DNA of 64,000 bases from contig CM121342.1 in the NCBI GenBank assembly GCA_051530055.1, positions 1,026,797-1,090,796 on the forward strand. Direction: 5' to 3'. The translations under genes were made by a program, and so were the position numbers. Numbering within the stretch: position 1 is the stretch's first letter; every line of letters starts with the position of its first letter. Of this stretch, positions 62,428 to 64,000 are shown one piece after another. This stretch comes from Neoechinorhynchus agilis (Eukaryota; Animalia; Acanthocephala). The notes under the pieces are model-generated. The model was not told the DNA's origin. It saw nothing but the letters and a program-made list of their open reading frames with translations, and searched no databases.

Positions 62428-63169
62428 GTGGTTGTTATCATGTCGCATCAAAATAAAACTAAGCTCACAATGCCGAGTTGGAAAGTTTAATTCTATAAAT
62501 GGAAAACGGTTTTTTTACGTCGCAAATGTTAACTTGGGACGACACAAACCTATTTTTGGTTTTATAGATACGAAAACTTGATGGAAATGCCATTTGTATT
62601 GCCGTTGATTGGATGATCTGTCAGAATCGTCGGGTCAAGATTTTCTCTATGATTGATTAAGCTGCGAGATGTCTCAAGTTTTATACCGAGAGGAAATGTA
62701 AACATCGATTTTATTTGGGAAAATCACAGATGACTTAATTCTTGTCAGCAATAAATCGACGGTGTGAATTCCTCCTGGTACTTTAAAAGAACATCGCGAA
62801 GTTCAAATGGCGAAAGAAAGTTAAATTTTGTATGTATTCAACCGAAGTTATTTTTTGAAACATCGAAAAAATAAACGATTGCCTATTATGGTCTTTGTTT
62901 GTTATAGAAAAGTTCAAAGAAATTCTTCGATTAGGTTTAGGGAATTAGAAAAACGTTCGAGAACTCGTGAAAATGGGTCGGTTCAGATTTCAAGTAATTT
63001 TATTAATATTTTGTCCTTTTCCTTAGTGAATTATAATAATAACGCCTTTTATTTGTTAGTATGCAATTGTTGATTTATGTGAGTGAATTCCGGGTTCGGT
63101 TGGGTGGGCAAATCCGGTTTATGGGGATGTCCAACTCACATTCCCTAGTTGTTCTAAGTTTGTCAAATG

Positions 63170-63340
63170 TATTCGGGTCAAAGGGTTCAAATTTTTTTAA
63201 TCACCAATAATGTTCAATCAAAAGGGAACGTCGCTGAAGGGAGAAGGAAACTCACTAAGTCCCGATCAAAAGGGACCAATCGTTTCTGTGACCCAAATCG
63301 GTGGGTTGTGTGCCCAAGGAGGACAGCCGTGTAAGTCGTG
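63170..63340 (+). mobile_element. Decayed SINE copy
   Basis: GGGTCAAAGGGTTCAAAT..GCTGAAGGGAG..GAAACTCACT..GTCCC, then the ATCGGTGGG.TGTGTGCCC segment also seen at 41.7k and 42.07k. Confidence 0.7.
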
Positions 63341-63829
63341 TTCATTTCAACACTTACAATAATGAACAATTCAGGTACTTTCTGTTGAGGTGAACGGAAG
63401 GAGGAATCAACCCTGACGATTTTGTGCTAATTAACCACCATTTTGATTTTTTATTCGTGAACTGGTTCAACGGCTGACCATTAGAACGTATTTTCCAAAA
63501 TGGAAGGAATATCTCTTTAAATCCTAACGTGTAGAATTTGTTCCTTATATTGTGCGATTAATCACCCATTAAATACCAGCGTAGACTTCATTTACTTTGA
63601 CATCTTGCTCTCTTCCAAATGTTTTGGTAGACTATTAGAAAACAAATTCCTGTAGGAAACGCAGATTTACGATAAATCGGGTCGGAGAACGGATGGAATT
63701 ATGGTGTGTGTGTGTTTTTCTAAACGAAATATGATTAAATCTGATGGAAACTTAAAAAACACTTGTTGGTCACTTTAGTCGAGTTATTCGCTCAAATGAA
63801 TCCAATTTTTTCGCATTATTTGTTGATTT

Positions 63830-64000
63830 TGTCAGCTATTTTCTCGACCACATGTATACATTTCTTTTTTTAATATTGATGTGCATTAGCAATTTCGCCG
63901 GTCGGAGGAACTTTGTTAGAGTTTGTAAGGTATCTGAGGATCCGGAGAAATGTACGAACTCTTAACAACTCATCCGAGTTAAAGTGGTAACATCACTTCT
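63830..64000. mobile_element. SINE tail fragments in inverted arrangement, running off the window end
   Basis: Minus-oriented tail ATTGATG..GGAGGAACTTTG directly followed by plus-oriented GGTATCTGAGGATCCGGAG..CACTTCT. Confidence 0.75.

Noticed and set aside
56982-62441. Long antisense ORFs 56982..57776 and 61905..62441
   Set aside because: Shadow frames of the 165 bp repeat and of the K/S/E-rich PRPF40A tail.

Overview
AT-rich animal (metazoan) genomic window. The first ~31 kb is mostly decayed mobile DNA: Ty3/Gypsy, Penelope-like elements, CRE-type REL non-LTR copies, hAT, MITEs, a tRNA-derived SINE and relics of a multicopy gene family. The rest is a compact housekeeping cluster: LAGE3/Pcc1, ANKRD49-like, CutA, ACY1, G6PD, API5, IBA57, RPL27A and PRPF40A; a ZDHHC gene lies at 17.9 kb. 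Three observations stand out. (1) No recognisable gene needs a GT-AG intron, yet six conserved genes are interrupted by seven unrelated 44-873 nt sequences that fold into hairpins and can be removed at T|A...T|A junctions. The 5' junction T|A is present in 7 of 7. Removal restores the frame and, where I can compare, near-orthologue length. This suggests a non-canonical intron (or IES-like) system. (2) About nine genes have an unpaired (Y)AG|A acceptor just upstream of the ATG, suggesting SL trans-splicing. (3) A tRNA-Ser-like SINE carries a hammerhead ribozyme core whose three strands are in a non-circularly permuted order. All analysis was done by eye; gene names rest on remembered motifs, not database searches, and TE boundaries are approximate.
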